DNA from: Cellvibrionales bacterium
GTDB lineage: Bacteria; Pseudomonadota; Gammaproteobacteria; Pseudomonadales; UBA7434
Reading direction: 5' to 3'
NCBI GenBank assembly: GCA_042090785.1
Contig: JBELIP010000001.1
Location: forward strand, 298,930 to 362,929
Length of the DNA: 64,000 nt
Part shown: positions 54,145-63,822 of the stretch, in pieces
Numbering within the stretch: the first letter of the stretch is position 1
Layout: the number at the start of each line of letters is the position of its first letter
Notes under the pieces: model-generated
Told to the model about the DNA's origin: nothing
Databases searched by the model: none
Seen by the model: only the letters and a program-made list of their open reading frames with translations
Position numbers and translations under genes: made by a program

Positions 54145-54978
54145 TTACTTTTTCACATTACTATAGACTTCGCAATGGCTATCATTAGCAGCCGATGGTT
54201 TGCTATCAGACCCCATAGACAGGCTTGTGCAATCTAGTAACTTTAAGTTACCACTAGACTCCTCTATTATGGCTGTGCAATGCTCGACCCAATCACCATC
54301 GTTGCAGTAAATAACACCATCTTTAAGCTTTAAGTCGGGCTGATGAATATGGCCACAAATAATGCCGTCCAGTTTACGGCGCTTGACCTCTGATACAGCC
54401 GCATTCTCAAAAGTTTCAATGGCTTCACGAGCGCCCTTTATACGATTTTTTATATATGATGCTAACGACCAGTGCCGATAGCCTAAAAAAGAGGTAAATT
54501 TTAGAATATTTCGGTTAACCCAAAGCAAGAAAGGATAGCCAAAATTACCAATAAACTTAGCTAATCGGCCAACAAGTATGTACTCATCAAAACAATCTCC
54601 ATGTACAAGAAGCATTTTTTTTCCTGCAGCTGTTGTATGTATTGCCTCTTCCATAATCTCAATACCACCAATTAAACTTGAGACATATTCCCGCATAGTG
54701 GCATCATGGTTGCCAGGAATATAGATTACACGCGTTCCAGACTCTGACATATTAAAGAGCATTTGAACAACTTGATAATGAGTTAATGGCCACCAAAACT
54801 TCCTCTTCATGGACCACAAGTCTATGATGTCACCAAGTAAAAATATCTTTTCGCATTCTATAGAATTTAGAAGACTAATGAGGTGCTCAACCTGAGAATC
54901 CTTCGAGCCTAGATGGATATCTGAAAGCCAAAGTGTTTTGCATTTGATACATGGCATCGCAAGATTCTTCATAAACAA
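54145..54978 (-). CDS. LpxH-like metallophosphoesterase (UDP-2,3-diacylglucosamine diphosphatase family, COG2908-like)
   Basis: 277-aa ORF with calcineurin-like phosphoesterase motifs in order: SDIHLG, LGDIIDLW, IPGNHD, VHGD, GHIH. Whether it is the housekeeping lpxH or a paralog cannot be decided here. Confidence 0.75.
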   Translation of the reverse strand: MFMKNLAMPCIKCKTLWLSDIHLGSKDSQVEHLISLLNSIECEKIFLLGDIIDLWSMKRKFWWPLTHYQVVQMLFNMSESGTRVIYIPGNHDATMREYVSSLIGGIEIMEEAIHTTAAGKKMLLVHGDCFDEYILVGRLAKFIGNFGYPFLLWVNRNILKFTSFLGYRHWSLASYIKNRIKGAREAIETFENAAVSEVKRRKLDGIICGHIHQPDLKLKDGVIYCNDGDWVEHCTAIIEESSGNLKLLDCTSLSMGSDSKPSAANDSHCEVYSNVKK

Positions 54979-55423
54979 AGCCCTCTTAACAATATATAAA
55001 TAAAAAACATAAAGTACGATGTGATCATTTCATTTTTTTTACATTTCAATGGGCTTTGTAATTTTGGTGATTATTAACATTAAGGTGCGGGAATTATGGA
55101 CGAAGCTCGAATTAGAATTCCAGAAGTATTTCAGTGGTTAAACTTATGGGATAACCCCGCTCGAGATTTAGAAACCTTGAGGCACAAGTAAATCGTCTGG
55201 TTAATAGTAAAGTAAATATCTCAGTCATGAATTTGCCTTCTAATGGGAATATTTCTGTTCACACTTCAATCAATTGAAATATAAGTTTCATTTCTTATTA
55301 CTTAAGTAGTAATACTCTGCCCTCATAATATATCAATCCCAAATTGACTGGAGCTCATCCCCAGCAAAGTAATTTTTTATAACAAGCTGGCGGGTTTTTT
55401 ATTATTCTATATGAGGTTTTTTT

Positions 55424-56968
55424 ATGAAATTACGTTATTTAACGCAATCAGTATTTGCTTGTTCCTTTGCTATTGCCGTGGGTGCTAATGCATATACATT
55501 TAATGGAACAATAAATTTCGAAAAAATTTGGACAACTGCTCATACCTTTGACTCTGAGATTAATGCCGTTGCAGGAAATAAGTTATATGTCACTAACCCT
55601 AACGGCAGCTTAGCTGTCTTAAATAAAACCACTGGTAATTTACTTGAAACCATTAATCTTGGTGGCGCACCAAATAGTGTAGCTGCATATGGATCCACAA
55701 TTGCTGTAGCTGTTGAGGGAGCTTCTCGTCAGCATAATGGATACGTAGAGTTTTATGATGTATCAGGTCCTTCAGCAGTGTCGACTGCTATTGTAACGGT
55801 TGGTGCCCTGCCGGATATGTTGACGTTTACACCTGATGGTTCAAAAGTCATTGTTGCGAATGAGGGAGAACCAAATAGTGATTACACGATAGATCCAGAG
55901 GGGACAGTAGGAATTATCGATGTCAGTACACTTTCGTACACATCCGTTGATTTTGGTAATGTCACACCAGACGCATCGACTCGTATTTTTGGCCCCAATG
56001 CCTCGGTAGCGCAAGATTTGGAACCTGAATATATTGCTATAAACAGTTCTGGGACAAAAGCCTATGTTACCCTGCAAGAAAACAATGCCATCGGCATTAT
56101 TGATATTAACAGTGGAACAGTAGTTGATGTGGTTGGCTTAGGCTTCAAAGATCATTCAACGCCTGGCAATCAATTTGACGCGTCTAATCGAGACGATCTT
56201 GATGGTAATCTTCAAAATTGGCCAACATTTGGCATGTATCAACCCGATGCCATAGATAGCTTTCAGGTTGATGGTGAAGATTATTTCGTCATTGTTAATG
56301 AAGGCGATGCCAGAGATTACGATGGTTATTCTGAGGAAGTACGAATGGGTGATCTGAACCCGACATCTGAGTTGGAGGCATCGTTGGTTGCCAATTTTGG
56401 TCCAGATTGGCAGGATGATGAAAATCTCGGCAGGCTAAAGACCACTACTTTTAATGAAGATAATAATGGGGAAGTGTCGCAATTATTCTCTTACGGTGCT
56501 AGATCATTTTCTATATTAGATGGTGATGGTGAAATGGTTTTTGATAGTGGGAGTATGATTGAGAAAATTACATTAGCTTTAGGTAATTGGGAAGATGGTA
56601 GGAGTGACGATAAAGGACCAGAACCAGAATCAGTTGTTGCTTTTGAACTTGGCGGTAAAGACTATATTGTTATTGGTAATGAAAGGACTAGCGACCTAAT
56701 GTTTTTTGAAGTGTCGGATGTCGAGAATCCAATCTTAGCTCAAATTATCAGCACTGTTAATCTTTATCCAGGGTATGAAGCAGGCGCAAGCCCTGAGGGA
56801 CTATCTGTAGAGATTTTAAGCGATACTGAAGCTGTTCTATACGTTTCTAACGAATGGCAAACAGCTACTTCAGCTTATGCTCTTACTGCGGTTCCAGTGC
56901 CCGCAGCTGCTTGGTTGTTTGCTTCAGCATTGGCAGGTTTAATAGGCCGCAAGAAACTGAATAATTAA
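55424..56968 (+). CDS. Secreted beta-propeller protein (choice-of-anchor I-like / phosphatase-like) with PEP-CTERM/VPLPA-CTERM-type anchor
   Basis: 514-aa ORF with a signal peptide (AVGANA-YT), repeated propeller-like segments (ANEGEPN, NEGDARDY, GPEPES) and the C-terminus VPVPAAAWLFASALAGLIGRKKLNN. Family name is from memory only. Confidence 0.7.
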   Translation: MKLRYLTQSVFACSFAIAVGANAYTFNGTINFEKIWTTAHTFDSEINAVAGNKLYVTNPNGSLAVLNKTTGNLLETINLGGAPNSVAAYGSTIAVAVEGASRQHNGYVEFYDVSGPSAVSTAIVTVGALPDMLTFTPDGSKVIVANEGEPNSDYTIDPEGTVGIIDVSTLSYTSVDFGNVTPDASTRIFGPNASVAQDLEPEYIAINSSGTKAYVTLQENNAIGIIDINSGTVVDVVGLGFKDHSTPGNQFDASNRDDLDGNLQNWPTFGMYQPDAIDSFQVDGEDYFVIVNEGDARDYDGYSEEVRMGDLNPTSELEASLVANFGPDWQDDENLGRLKTTTFNEDNNGEVSQLFSYGARSFSILDGDGEMVFDSGSMIEKITLALGNWEDGRSDDKGPEPESVVAFELGGKDYIVIGNERTSDLMFFEVSDVENPILAQIISTVNLYPGYEAGASPEGLSVEILSDTEAVLYVSNEWQTATSAYALTAVPVPAAAWLFASALAGLIGRKKLNN

Positions 56969-56982
56969 TTACCTTAATGAAA

Positions 56983-57006
56983 AAGCCACTGTTAATGCAG
57001 TGGCTT
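56983..57006 (+). terminator. Intrinsic terminator-like hairpin after the beta-propeller gene
   Basis: AAGCCACTG-ttaatg-CAGTGGCTT, 15 nt after the stop. The T-tract is weak (GTTATCTCTTTATG). Confidence 0.55.
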
Positions 57007-57096
57007 GTTATCTCTTTATGTAAAATAAAAGGTGAAACTATTTATCCAGCCATAGGCGGCATAGGCTTGTTAGCGCTGGGTCTGTCGATGCTGAGC

Positions 57097-57116
57097 TTAG
57101 GTTGAGGAAGAAGTAA
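57097..57116 (+). repeat. 20-nt exact direct repeat, copy B (TTAGGTTGAGGAAGAAGTAA)
   Basis: Read directly. Here the repeat supplies the GAGGAAG ribosome-binding region 9 nt upstream of the ATG at 57126. Confidence 0.9.
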
Positions 57117-57125
57117 ATAACAATT

Positions 57126-57605
57126 ATGAATTATAAAACAAGCTATAGGCAGTCATTTGACTGTTCTGAAGAAAAGTTATTTTCAGTAATTACTGAGCCA
57201 GGCAACCTCCAAAACTTCCACCCTTTCTGTCAAGAGAATATTCCTATTGAATGGCCTGGTGATAATGCAGTTGATAAGCTGACATATTTAAATGGTAAAG
57301 TCTTCACTCGTAAAATCACTCGATGGCACGACTGTGGATATGACCTAACCATTACTCATGGGAATATTAAGACAAATGTTGAATGGAACATTATCTTTCA
57401 TAAAAATAAGCCATTATTAGAAATAAAACTTACGCCCTTGTTCTTACCGAATAATAGTGTGTATCGTTTTTTTAGCTTCTACTTTTATGTTAAACCCCAG
57501 CTCACTAAATACCTTAAGGCTTTATTCAATGGCTTAGGTTTTTATATCTCTACGGGGCAGAAAGTCTCGCCGAATCAATTTGGCCGTCACGCTTGGTTTT
57601 CTTAA
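57126..57605 (+). CDS. Hypothetical protein, possible SRPBCC/START-like fold
   Basis: 159-aa ORF with a good RBS. The fold assignment is tentative and rests on overall pattern only. Confidence 0.55.
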   Translation: MNYKTSYRQSFDCSEEKLFSVITEPGNLQNFHPFCQENIPIEWPGDNAVDKLTYLNGKVFTRKITRWHDCGYDLTITHGNIKTNVEWNIIFHKNKPLLEIKLTPLFLPNNSVYRFFSFYFYVKPQLTKYLKALFNGLGFYISTGQKVSPNQFGRHAWFS

Positions 57606-57610
57606 AGCTT

Positions 57611-57788
57611 TCTCAAACCCTCCCTCATTACCCATGACAGGTTCCATCCTCATTTACTCAAAGAAATCTCAAACCTCTATAAGACAACCACCCATCGTTA
57701 AACTCCCCCATAGACCTCTTCATCTATCTCAAACCATCCAGTAGACAATAGCGTAGACACTTTGTGCCTCTTGACGGGGAGTTTGAGA
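57611..57788 (+). repeat. Spaced TCTCAAACC repeats (3 direct, 1 inverted) in a C-rich, G-poor spacer
   Basis: TCTCAAACC occurs at 57611, 57667 and 57727 (spacing 56 and 60 nt), and the inverted GTTTGAGA at 57781-57788. By hand count, 57606-57760 has about 13 G in about 155 nt. Confidence 0.8.
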
Positions 57789-57843
57789 AAGGTAAAGTAT
57801 TGATATTGCTTGTGTGTAGGTTAGCTTAAGGAATCTTAAGTGT

Positions 57844-57919
57844 ATGGTGCCCAGACGCGGGATCGAACCACGGACACGGGGATTTTCAATCCCCTGCTCT
57901 ACCAACTGAGCTATCTGGG
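57844..57919 (-). tRNA. tRNA-Phe (anticodon GAA), CCA encoded
   Basis: The reverse complement reads GCCCAGATAGCTCAGTTGGTAGAGCAGGGGATTGAAAATCCCCGTGTCCGTGGTTCGATCCCGCGTCTGGGCACCA. The cloverleaf folds by hand (7-bp acceptor stem, anticodon loop TTGAAAA) and it is near-identical to E. coli tRNA-Phe. Confidence 0.97.
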
Positions 57920-57979
57920 CGTATCTTGAGCTTGACGCTGGCTCTAAAGTGAACCGAGGGCGGCAAAAAAAGAGGGCGT

Positions 57980-58008
57980 ATTAAACCCGCAGACTTCAGC
58001 ATAGTCAA
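57980..58008 (-). promoter_or_regulatory. Putative sigma70 promoter of tRNA-Phe
   Basis: On the minus strand: TTGACT, 17 nt, TTTAAT, followed by a GC-rich discriminator (ACGCCCTC), as is typical of stable-RNA promoters. It lies about 60 nt upstream of the mature 5' end. Confidence 0.5.
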
Positions 58009-58033
58009 GGAGTCATTAATAGCAATTTTAATT

Positions 58034-58052
58034 AAGCACCAATCTGGTGCTT
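58034..58052 (-). terminator. Hairpin after yggX (possible terminator)
   Basis: AAGCACCA-atc-TGGTGCTT, 25 nt downstream of the yggX stop. The U-tract is weak. Confidence 0.4.
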
Positions 58053-58076
58053 AATGCTAAGTTCTTATTAAATCTG

Positions 58077-58355
58077 CTATTTATCTTGTTCGGGAGGAAC
58101 ATAACCCTCGGCTTGTTCAAAGGCTTCGCCCGATAGAAACTTTTCCATTTCGGTTTGCAGAAACTTCCGCGCTTCCATATCACGCATATTTAAATGCTTT
58201 TCATTAATCAACATAGTCTGGTGCTTTTGCCATTCTTCCCATGCTTGGCGCGATACATGATTAAAAATTTCTTCGCCTTTAGGGCCAGGATACGGCGGGG
58301 TATCTAACCCCGTCATTTCTTGTTGGTACTTGCGGCATAAAACGGTACGGGTCAT
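58077..58355 (-). CDS. yggX: Fe(2+)-trafficking / oxidative-damage protection protein YggX
   Basis: 92-aa ORF with [31 protein letters not shown] and [15 protein letters not shown]. Conserved mutY-yggX pair. Confidence 0.93.
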   Translation of the reverse strand: MTRTVLCRKYQQEMTGLDTPPYPGPKGEEIFNHVSRQAWEEWQKHQTMLINEKHLNMRDMEARKFLQTEMEKFLSGEAFEQAEGYVPPEQDK

Positions 58356-58420
58356 TTTAAATCCTTGGGCATATTCGGTAGCTAAGTATTTATATCAGTG
58401 AGCCTAACTATGCGTTCTCG

Positions 58421-59509
58421 TCATTCCCCTAAGGTCTTTAACTTGGCGAGTAGCTTGCTTACTGGCGCTGCTAGTCCTACCTCGGCGGGTTGGTTAAGGT
58501 TGTACCACAGCCATTGGTTTTGCTCCATTATGGCCTGATGGCTATTTGAGCGATATTGTATGGGAGTAATATCCAGATGAAAATGGCTAAAGGTATGACG
58601 TATTTCTGGCCATGTGTTTTCTTTGTTTAGTGTTAACCATTGCTGCAAAGATTCTAGCGATAGCTCACCTTCTGGCAGGCTCCACAGGCTTGCCCAAATA
58701 CCTGTGGGGGGGCGCTTTTGTAGTAATACATGACCGTCTTTATTCACCACAATATGCATCTCGGTGGTTTTTACAGGAATCACCTTTTTTGGCTTTTTGC
58801 CTGGATAAAGGACTATTTGGTCGTCAGCAAATGCAACACAGGATTTTTGCAGCGGACACTGCAAACAGTTGGGTTTGCTGCGGGTACACAGCGTGGCACC
58901 TAAATCCATCATAGCTTGTGTGTAATCGGCAACGCGGTTTTTGGGAGTGTGGGCTTCTGCAACGTCCCAGAGCTCATCCGCCACGGCTAATTTGCCCGGC
59001 CAGCCTGGCACAGCAAAGTGGCGAGCTAATACACGTTTTACATTACCGTCGAGAATGGAACAGTGTTCGCCAAAGGCGATGGCGGCAATTGCTCCCGCGG
59101 TAGAGCGACCAATACCGGGTAATTCAATTAATTGTTCAATGGCTTGCGGAAAGTCACCGTTATGCACTGCGCAAACCTGTTGTGCGGTTTTATGCAGGTT
59201 ACGCGCTCGTGAGTAATACCCCAGGCCGCTCCAGTAATGCAGTACATCATCTTGGCTGGCGTTAGCAAGCGACTTAAGCGTTGGAAAGCGCTGCATAAAT
59301 TGTTCAAAGTAGGGAATAACCGTTTTAACTTGGGTTTGCTGCAGCATAATTTCCGATACCCAAACGCGATAGGCGTTGATATTTTGCTGCCAAGGTAAAT
59401 CTTTACGACCATGCTGATCGAACCATTTAAGCACGCGCGAAGCAAAAGCAGGGCTGCGACTGACTTTTTTTGGCTTGGCTGATGTATTAGCTGGTCTGGT
59501 TTTACTCAC
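58421..59509 (-). CDS. mutY: A/G-specific adenine DNA glycosylase MutY
   Basis: 362-aa ORF with an HhH-GPD motif ([12 protein letters not shown]), a 4Fe-4S cluster loop ([15 protein letters not shown]) and a C-terminal NUDIX-like domain. Confidence 0.93.
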   Translation of the reverse strand: MSKTRPANTSAKPKKVSRSPAFASRVLKWFDQHGRKDLPWQQNINAYRVWVSEIMLQQTQVKTVIPYFEQFMQRFPTLKSLANASQDDVLHYWSGLGYYSRARNLHKTAQQVCAVHNGDFPQAIEQLIELPGIGRSTAGAIAAIAFGEHCSILDGNVKRVLARHFAVPGWPGKLAVADELWDVAEAHTPKNRVADYTQAMMDLGATLCTRSKPNCLQCPLQKSCVAFADDQIVLYPGKKPKKVIPVKTTEMHIVVNKDGHVLLQKRPPTGIWASLWSLPEGELSLESLQQWLTLNKENTWPEIRHTFSHFHLDITPIQYRSNSHQAIMEQNQWLWYNLNQPAEVGLAAPVSKLLAKLKTLGE

Positions 59510-59675
59510 GTGTTGTATCGATACCGTTTTGATAAAAATGACAAGCGCGCATTATTATGTAAATAAACCTTCAAGTCCGCCTTTAATTTAAGCGATATTC
59601 GAGCAGCGATAATCGATGCGGTGCTGTATAATCGCCAGCCTTTCGCAGACTGTAATTATTTAAGAGGACAATATT

Positions 59676-60425
59676 ATGTATCAACTGGTGCTACTCCGCC
59701 ATGGAGAAAGTATCTGGAATCAAGAAAACCGTTTTACCGGCTGGTATGACATTGATCTTGCAGACGAGGGTGTTGAACAAGCAAAACTCGCGGGCCAGCT
59801 ATTAAAAGAACAAGGTATTGATTTTGATATTGCTTATTGTTCCGTCCTTACGCGGGCTATTCGCACTTTATCGCTAGCGTTAGAGTCAATGGGCCATGAA
59901 GATTTACCCGTGGAAAATAGCTGGCGTTTAAATGAGCGACATTACGGCGCGCTTACCGGTTTAAATAAAGCCGAGACAGCTAAAATTCATGGCGAAGATC
60001 AAGTAAAAATTTGGCGTCGAAGCTTTGATATTCCACCGCCACCGGTTGAACTTGATAGTGAGCATTTTCCGGGTAACGATGACCGCTATGCGGATATTGA
60101 CCCAGCGATATTACCGCGCGGTGAAAGCTTAGCATTGACCATTGATCGCGTTCTGCCGTATTGGCACGATGTGATTAGCCCAACCATATTATCGGGTAAA
60201 CGTGTATTAATTGCCGCTCACGGTAATAGCTTGCGCTCTTTGGTTAAGTACCTCGATGGCATAAGCGATGAGGATATTATTGGCGTAAATATCCCAACAG
60301 GCGTGCCGCTGGTTTATCAGCTTGATGCCGACCTGAAGCCCATTAGCAGCGAATACTTAGGCGACCCAGAGGCAATTAAAGCGATGATGGCTTCGGTAGC
60401 TAATCAGGGCAAAGCGAAAAGCTAA
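59676..60425 (+). CDS. gpmA: 2,3-bisphosphoglycerate-dependent phosphoglycerate mutase
   Basis: 249-aa ORF with the catalytic motif [20 protein letters not shown] and full-length dPGM similarity. Confidence 0.95.
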   Translation: MYQLVLLRHGESIWNQENRFTGWYDIDLADEGVEQAKLAGQLLKEQGIDFDIAYCSVLTRAIRTLSLALESMGHEDLPVENSWRLNERHYGALTGLNKAETAKIHGEDQVKIWRRSFDIPPPPVELDSEHFPGNDDRYADIDPAILPRGESLALTIDRVLPYWHDVISPTILSGKRVLIAAHGNSLRSLVKYLDGISDEDIIGVNIPTGVPLVYQLDADLKPISSEYLGDPEAIKAMMASVANQGKAKS

Positions 60426-60600
60426 CCAGCCAGAATGATATAAGTAAGCGCTTACTACGTCTTTAGAGCTTGTTTGTTAAGTGTGTGTAGGCAAAATTGC
60501 CCTCTATTGACGCTACGTCATGCGGGGGCTTTTAACTATAATGAAGATAAACCTACACCTTAATCGGTGTACCCTTTACTTAAAACGATTTGAGAGTGAC

Positions 60601-61215
60601 ATGAGCCAGTCGACCAACCCAACTGCGGCACGAACCGCCTCCGTTTCGCGAGATACTTTAGAGACGCAAATTAGCGTATCGCTAAATCTTGACGGTACTG
60701 GCGAATCAAAATTTGATACAGGCGTGCCTTTTCTTGAGCACATGCTCGACCAAATTGCGCGTCATGGCCTTATTGATTTAGATATTAAAGCCAGCGGCGA
60801 TTTACATATTGATGCTCACCACACGGTAGAAGATATTGGTATTACACTTGGCCAAGCATTTACTCAAGCGGTTGGTGATAAGAAAGGTTTACGTCGTTAT
60901 GGCCATGCCTATGTACCATTAGACGAAGCGTTATCTCGCGTGGTTCTCGATTTATCGGGCCGACCTGGTTTAGAGTTTCATGTGCCATTTACACGTTCTT
61001 CGGTTGGGGGTTTTGACGTTGATTTATTCCATGAATTCTTCCAAGGTTTTATTAACCATGCCAATGTAACGCTGCATGTCGATTGCCTGCGCGGTGAGAA
61101 TAGTCACCATCAGGTTGAGACCGTGTTCAAAGCCTTTGGTCGCGCCTTACGTATGGCGTTAGAGTTTGATCCGCGTATGGCGGGTGTCATGCCTTCGACC
61201 AAGGGTAGTTTATAA
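60601..61215 (+). CDS. hisB: Imidazoleglycerol-phosphate dehydratase (monofunctional HisB)
   Basis: 204-aa product from the ATG at 60601 ([45 protein letters not shown]). The ORF-track start at 60520 adds 27 non-homologous residues. Confidence 0.93.
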   Translation: MSQSTNPTAARTASVSRDTLETQISVSLNLDGTGESKFDTGVPFLEHMLDQIARHGLIDLDIKASGDLHIDAHHTVEDIGITLGQAFTQAVGDKKGLRRYGHAYVPLDEALSRVVLDLSGRPGLEFHVPFTRSSVGGFDVDLFHEFFQGFINHANVTLHVDCLRGENSHHQVETVFKAFGRALRMALEFDPRMAGVMPSTKGSL

Positions 61216-61276
61216 GCGCCGAATTAGGCGCTTAACGCAATTCAGGTTTTTATTGACTTCAGGATAAGATTCAACA

Positions 61277-61945
61277 GTGACAAAATCTGTCGATGTAGCC
61301 GTCATTGATTATGGAATGGGCAACCTCCATTCTGTATCTAAAGCTCTGCAACATATTTCGCCTAGCAGTAATGTTTGGGTAGGTGATGATCCCGATATTA
61401 TTAAAAATGCCGATCGTGTGGTTTACCCAGGCGTGGGCGCTATTGGTGATTGTATGGGAGAGGTGCGCGCGCGCGGTCTTGATGAAGTAATTCTTGAAGT
61501 TGCTAAGACAAAACCCTTGCTGGGTATTTGTGTTGGCATGCAAGGCATGATGACTCATTCGGCAGAGAGTGGCGGCGTTAATGGCCTAGGTTTGTTTCCC
61601 GATAATGTCGAATTTTTTGCTGACGCTTTTGCACAAACTCAAGAGCTAGCTGCGGCAACTGCTCAGCTAAAAGTCCCGCATATGGGTTGGAATCGTGTAG
61701 CGAAAGTGCAAGACCATCCGCTGTGGAATAATATTGAAGACGGCGCACGGTTTTATTTTGTGCATAGTTATTTTGTTGCTGCCGATGATTGTGCGTCGGC
61801 AGTAGGCGTAACGGAATACGGCTTATCTATTACCGCTATGTTAGCGCACGATAATATTTTTGCGGTACAGTTTCACCCAGAAAAAAGCCATAAAGACGGT
61901 TTGCAATTATTAAGTAATTTTATGCAGTGGGATGGCGCTAGTTAG
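61277..61945 (+). CDS. hisH: Imidazole glycerol phosphate synthase, glutamine amidotransferase subunit HisH
   Basis: 222-aa ORF with a GTG start, class-I GATase catalytic Cys context (LLGICVGMQ) and the C-terminal FHPEKS. Confidence 0.93.
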   Translation: MTKSVDVAVIDYGMGNLHSVSKALQHISPSSNVWVGDDPDIIKNADRVVYPGVGAIGDCMGEVRARGLDEVILEVAKTKPLLGICVGMQGMMTHSAESGGVNGLGLFPDNVEFFADAFAQTQELAAATAQLKVPHMGWNRVAKVQDHPLWNNIEDGARFYFVHSYFVAADDCASAVGVTEYGLSITAMLAHDNIFAVQFHPEKSHKDGLQLLSNFMQWDGAS

Positions 61946-62021
61946 AAAGCAGTAGTTAAACGCCAAAACTAAAAAATCCATCTTATTTATTCTTATTAAA
62001 ATTTATTACGGTTTATAAAAC

Positions 62022-62759
62022 ATGTTAGTGATTCCAGCAATTGATTTAAAAGATGGTGAGTGTGTGCGCCTGCGTCAAGGTGTTATGGACGACTCCACCG
62101 TTTTTTCTGATGATCCAGTTGCCATGGCAGGTAAGTGGGTTGCTGCTGGCGCGCGTCGTTTGCATTTGGTCGATCTTAACGGTGCTTTCGATGGTAAACC
62201 GATAAATGGTGAAGTGGTTACCGCGATTGCTAAAACCTACCCTGATTTACCTATTCAAATTGGTGGCGGTATTCGATCGTTAAACACGATAGAAGCGTAT
62301 ATTGATGCTGGCGTTAACTATTTAATTATTGGTACCAAGGCAGTTAAAGAACCTGAGTTTGTTAGCGAAGCGTGTCGCGAATTCCCAGATCATATAATTG
62401 TTGGCCTAGATGCTAAAGACGGTTTAGTGGCAACCGATGGCTGGGCAGAAGTGTCGACATTACAAGCCACTGAATTAGCCAAACGCTTTGAGCAAGACGG
62501 TGTTTCAAGTATTGTCTATACCGACATTGCACGTGATGGCATGATGCAAGGTGTCAATGTAGAAGCCACTTTAGCAATGGCGTTAGCTTCATCTACGCCG
62601 GTGATAGCTTCGGGCGGTATTACTAATATTGATGATATTAAAGCACTGCGCGCAGTGTCGAGCCAGGGTATTTGCGGTGCCATTACAGGCCGCGCAATTT
62701 ATGAAGGCACGTTAGATGTTGCCGAAGCGCAAGCTTATAGCGATAGCTATAAAGCTTAA
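62022..62759 (+). CDS. hisA: ProFAR isomerase HisA
   Basis: 245-aa ORF with [17 protein letters not shown] and a (beta/alpha)8 HisA pattern. Confidence 0.93.
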   Translation: MLVIPAIDLKDGECVRLRQGVMDDSTVFSDDPVAMAGKWVAAGARRLHLVDLNGAFDGKPINGEVVTAIAKTYPDLPIQIGGGIRSLNTIEAYIDAGVNYLIIGTKAVKEPEFVSEACREFPDHIIVGLDAKDGLVATDGWAEVSTLQATELAKRFEQDGVSSIVYTDIARDGMMQGVNVEATLAMALASSTPVIASGGITNIDDIKALRAVSSQGICGAITGRAIYEGTLDVAEAQAYSDSYKA

Positions 62760-62798
62760 TTTTATTATTAACACAGTAATTTCGTTAGAGCGTTATTT

Positions 62799-63578
62799 AT
62801 GAGCTTAGCTAAACGTATTATTCCTTGTCTTGATGTCGATAACGGCCGCGTTGTAAAAGGCGTGCAGTTTGTTGATATTCGTGATGCGGGTGATCCGGTA
62901 GAAATTGCTCGACGTTACAATGAGCAAGGCGCCGATGAAATTACGTTTTTAGACATTACCGCTAGTCACGAAGGTCGCGATACAACGGTTAAAACAGTTG
63001 AGAAAATGGCGAGCGAAGTTTTTATTCCGCTGACAGTGGGTGGTGGTATTCGTGAGTGCCAAGACATTCGCCGTATGTTAAATGCGGGGGCGGACAAAGT
63101 TGGCATTAACACGGCTGCTATTCACAACCCTGATTTTGTTCAAGAGGCAGCTGCGCGTTTTGGTTCACAATGTATTGTTGTGGCTATTGACGCCAAGCAA
63201 GTACAAGCGGCTACCAATGACCAGTCGGGGCGTTGGGAAATTTTTACCCATGGCGGTCGTAATCCCACCGGTATTGATGCCGTTGAATGGGCAATAAAAA
63301 TGACAGCCTTTGGTGCTGGCGAAATTCTATTAACCAGTATGGATCAAGACGGCGTTAAAAAAGGTTTTGATGTAGGTTTAACCCGTGCGGTTAGCGAGGC
63401 AGTATCTGTACCAGTTATTGCATCGGGCGGCGTGGGTAATTTACAGCACTTAGTTGAAGGTATTACCGACGGGCATGCCGATGCTGTTTTAGCCGCTAGT
63501 ATTTTTCACTTTGGTGAGTATACGGTTGGTGATGCAAAACAATACATGGCAGAGCGCGGTATTGAAGTTAGAGTTTAA
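62799..63578 (+). CDS. hisF: Imidazole glycerol phosphate synthase cyclase subunit HisF
   Basis: 259-aa ORF with [17 protein letters not shown] and full-length HisF similarity. Confidence 0.95.
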   Translation: MSLAKRIIPCLDVDNGRVVKGVQFVDIRDAGDPVEIARRYNEQGADEITFLDITASHEGRDTTVKTVEKMASEVFIPLTVGGGIRECQDIRRMLNAGADKVGINTAAIHNPDFVQEAAARFGSQCIVVAIDAKQVQAATNDQSGRWEIFTHGGRNPTGIDAVEWAIKMTAFGAGEILLTSMDQDGVKKGFDVGLTRAVSEAVSVPVIASGGVGNLQHLVEGITDGHADAVLAASIFHFGEYTVGDAKQYMAERGIEVRV

Positions 63579-63597
63579 GCGCGCTCTTTTAAACTCG

Positions 63598-63822
63598 CTA
63601 ATCTTCCATCGCTTTAACCAATTGTTTTTTAGTTTTTGGCGCGGCTAATACTAAAAATTCTAAAAAGTCAGTTAAGCCATTTAATGCTTCTTCATGCGTT
63701 TCAAAAGGGCCTATTGCTGCACCTTCACGAGTTGCAAAAAACCAAACACTTTCTAATAAATAAAATCGGTCGCTACGGCTTGGTATTGCAGCTGTTTCGC
63801 CCTGCCGGTGATGTTGCCTCAT
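63598..63822 (-). CDS. Hypothetical small protein
   Basis: 74-aa ORF convergent with hisF. The sequence (RFYLLESVWFFATREGAAIGPFETHEEAL) looks like a conserved small-protein family, but I cannot name it with confidence. Confidence 0.5.
   Translation of the reverse strand: MRQHHRQGETAAIPSRSDRFYLLESVWFFATREGAAIGPFETHEEALNGLTDFLEFLVLAAPKTKKQLVKAMED

Noticed and set aside
54979-55423. Pho box in the leader of the phosphatase-like propeller gene
   Set aside because: The best candidate, CTGTTCACACTTCAATCA, does not fit the CTGTCAT-N4-CTGTCAT consensus.
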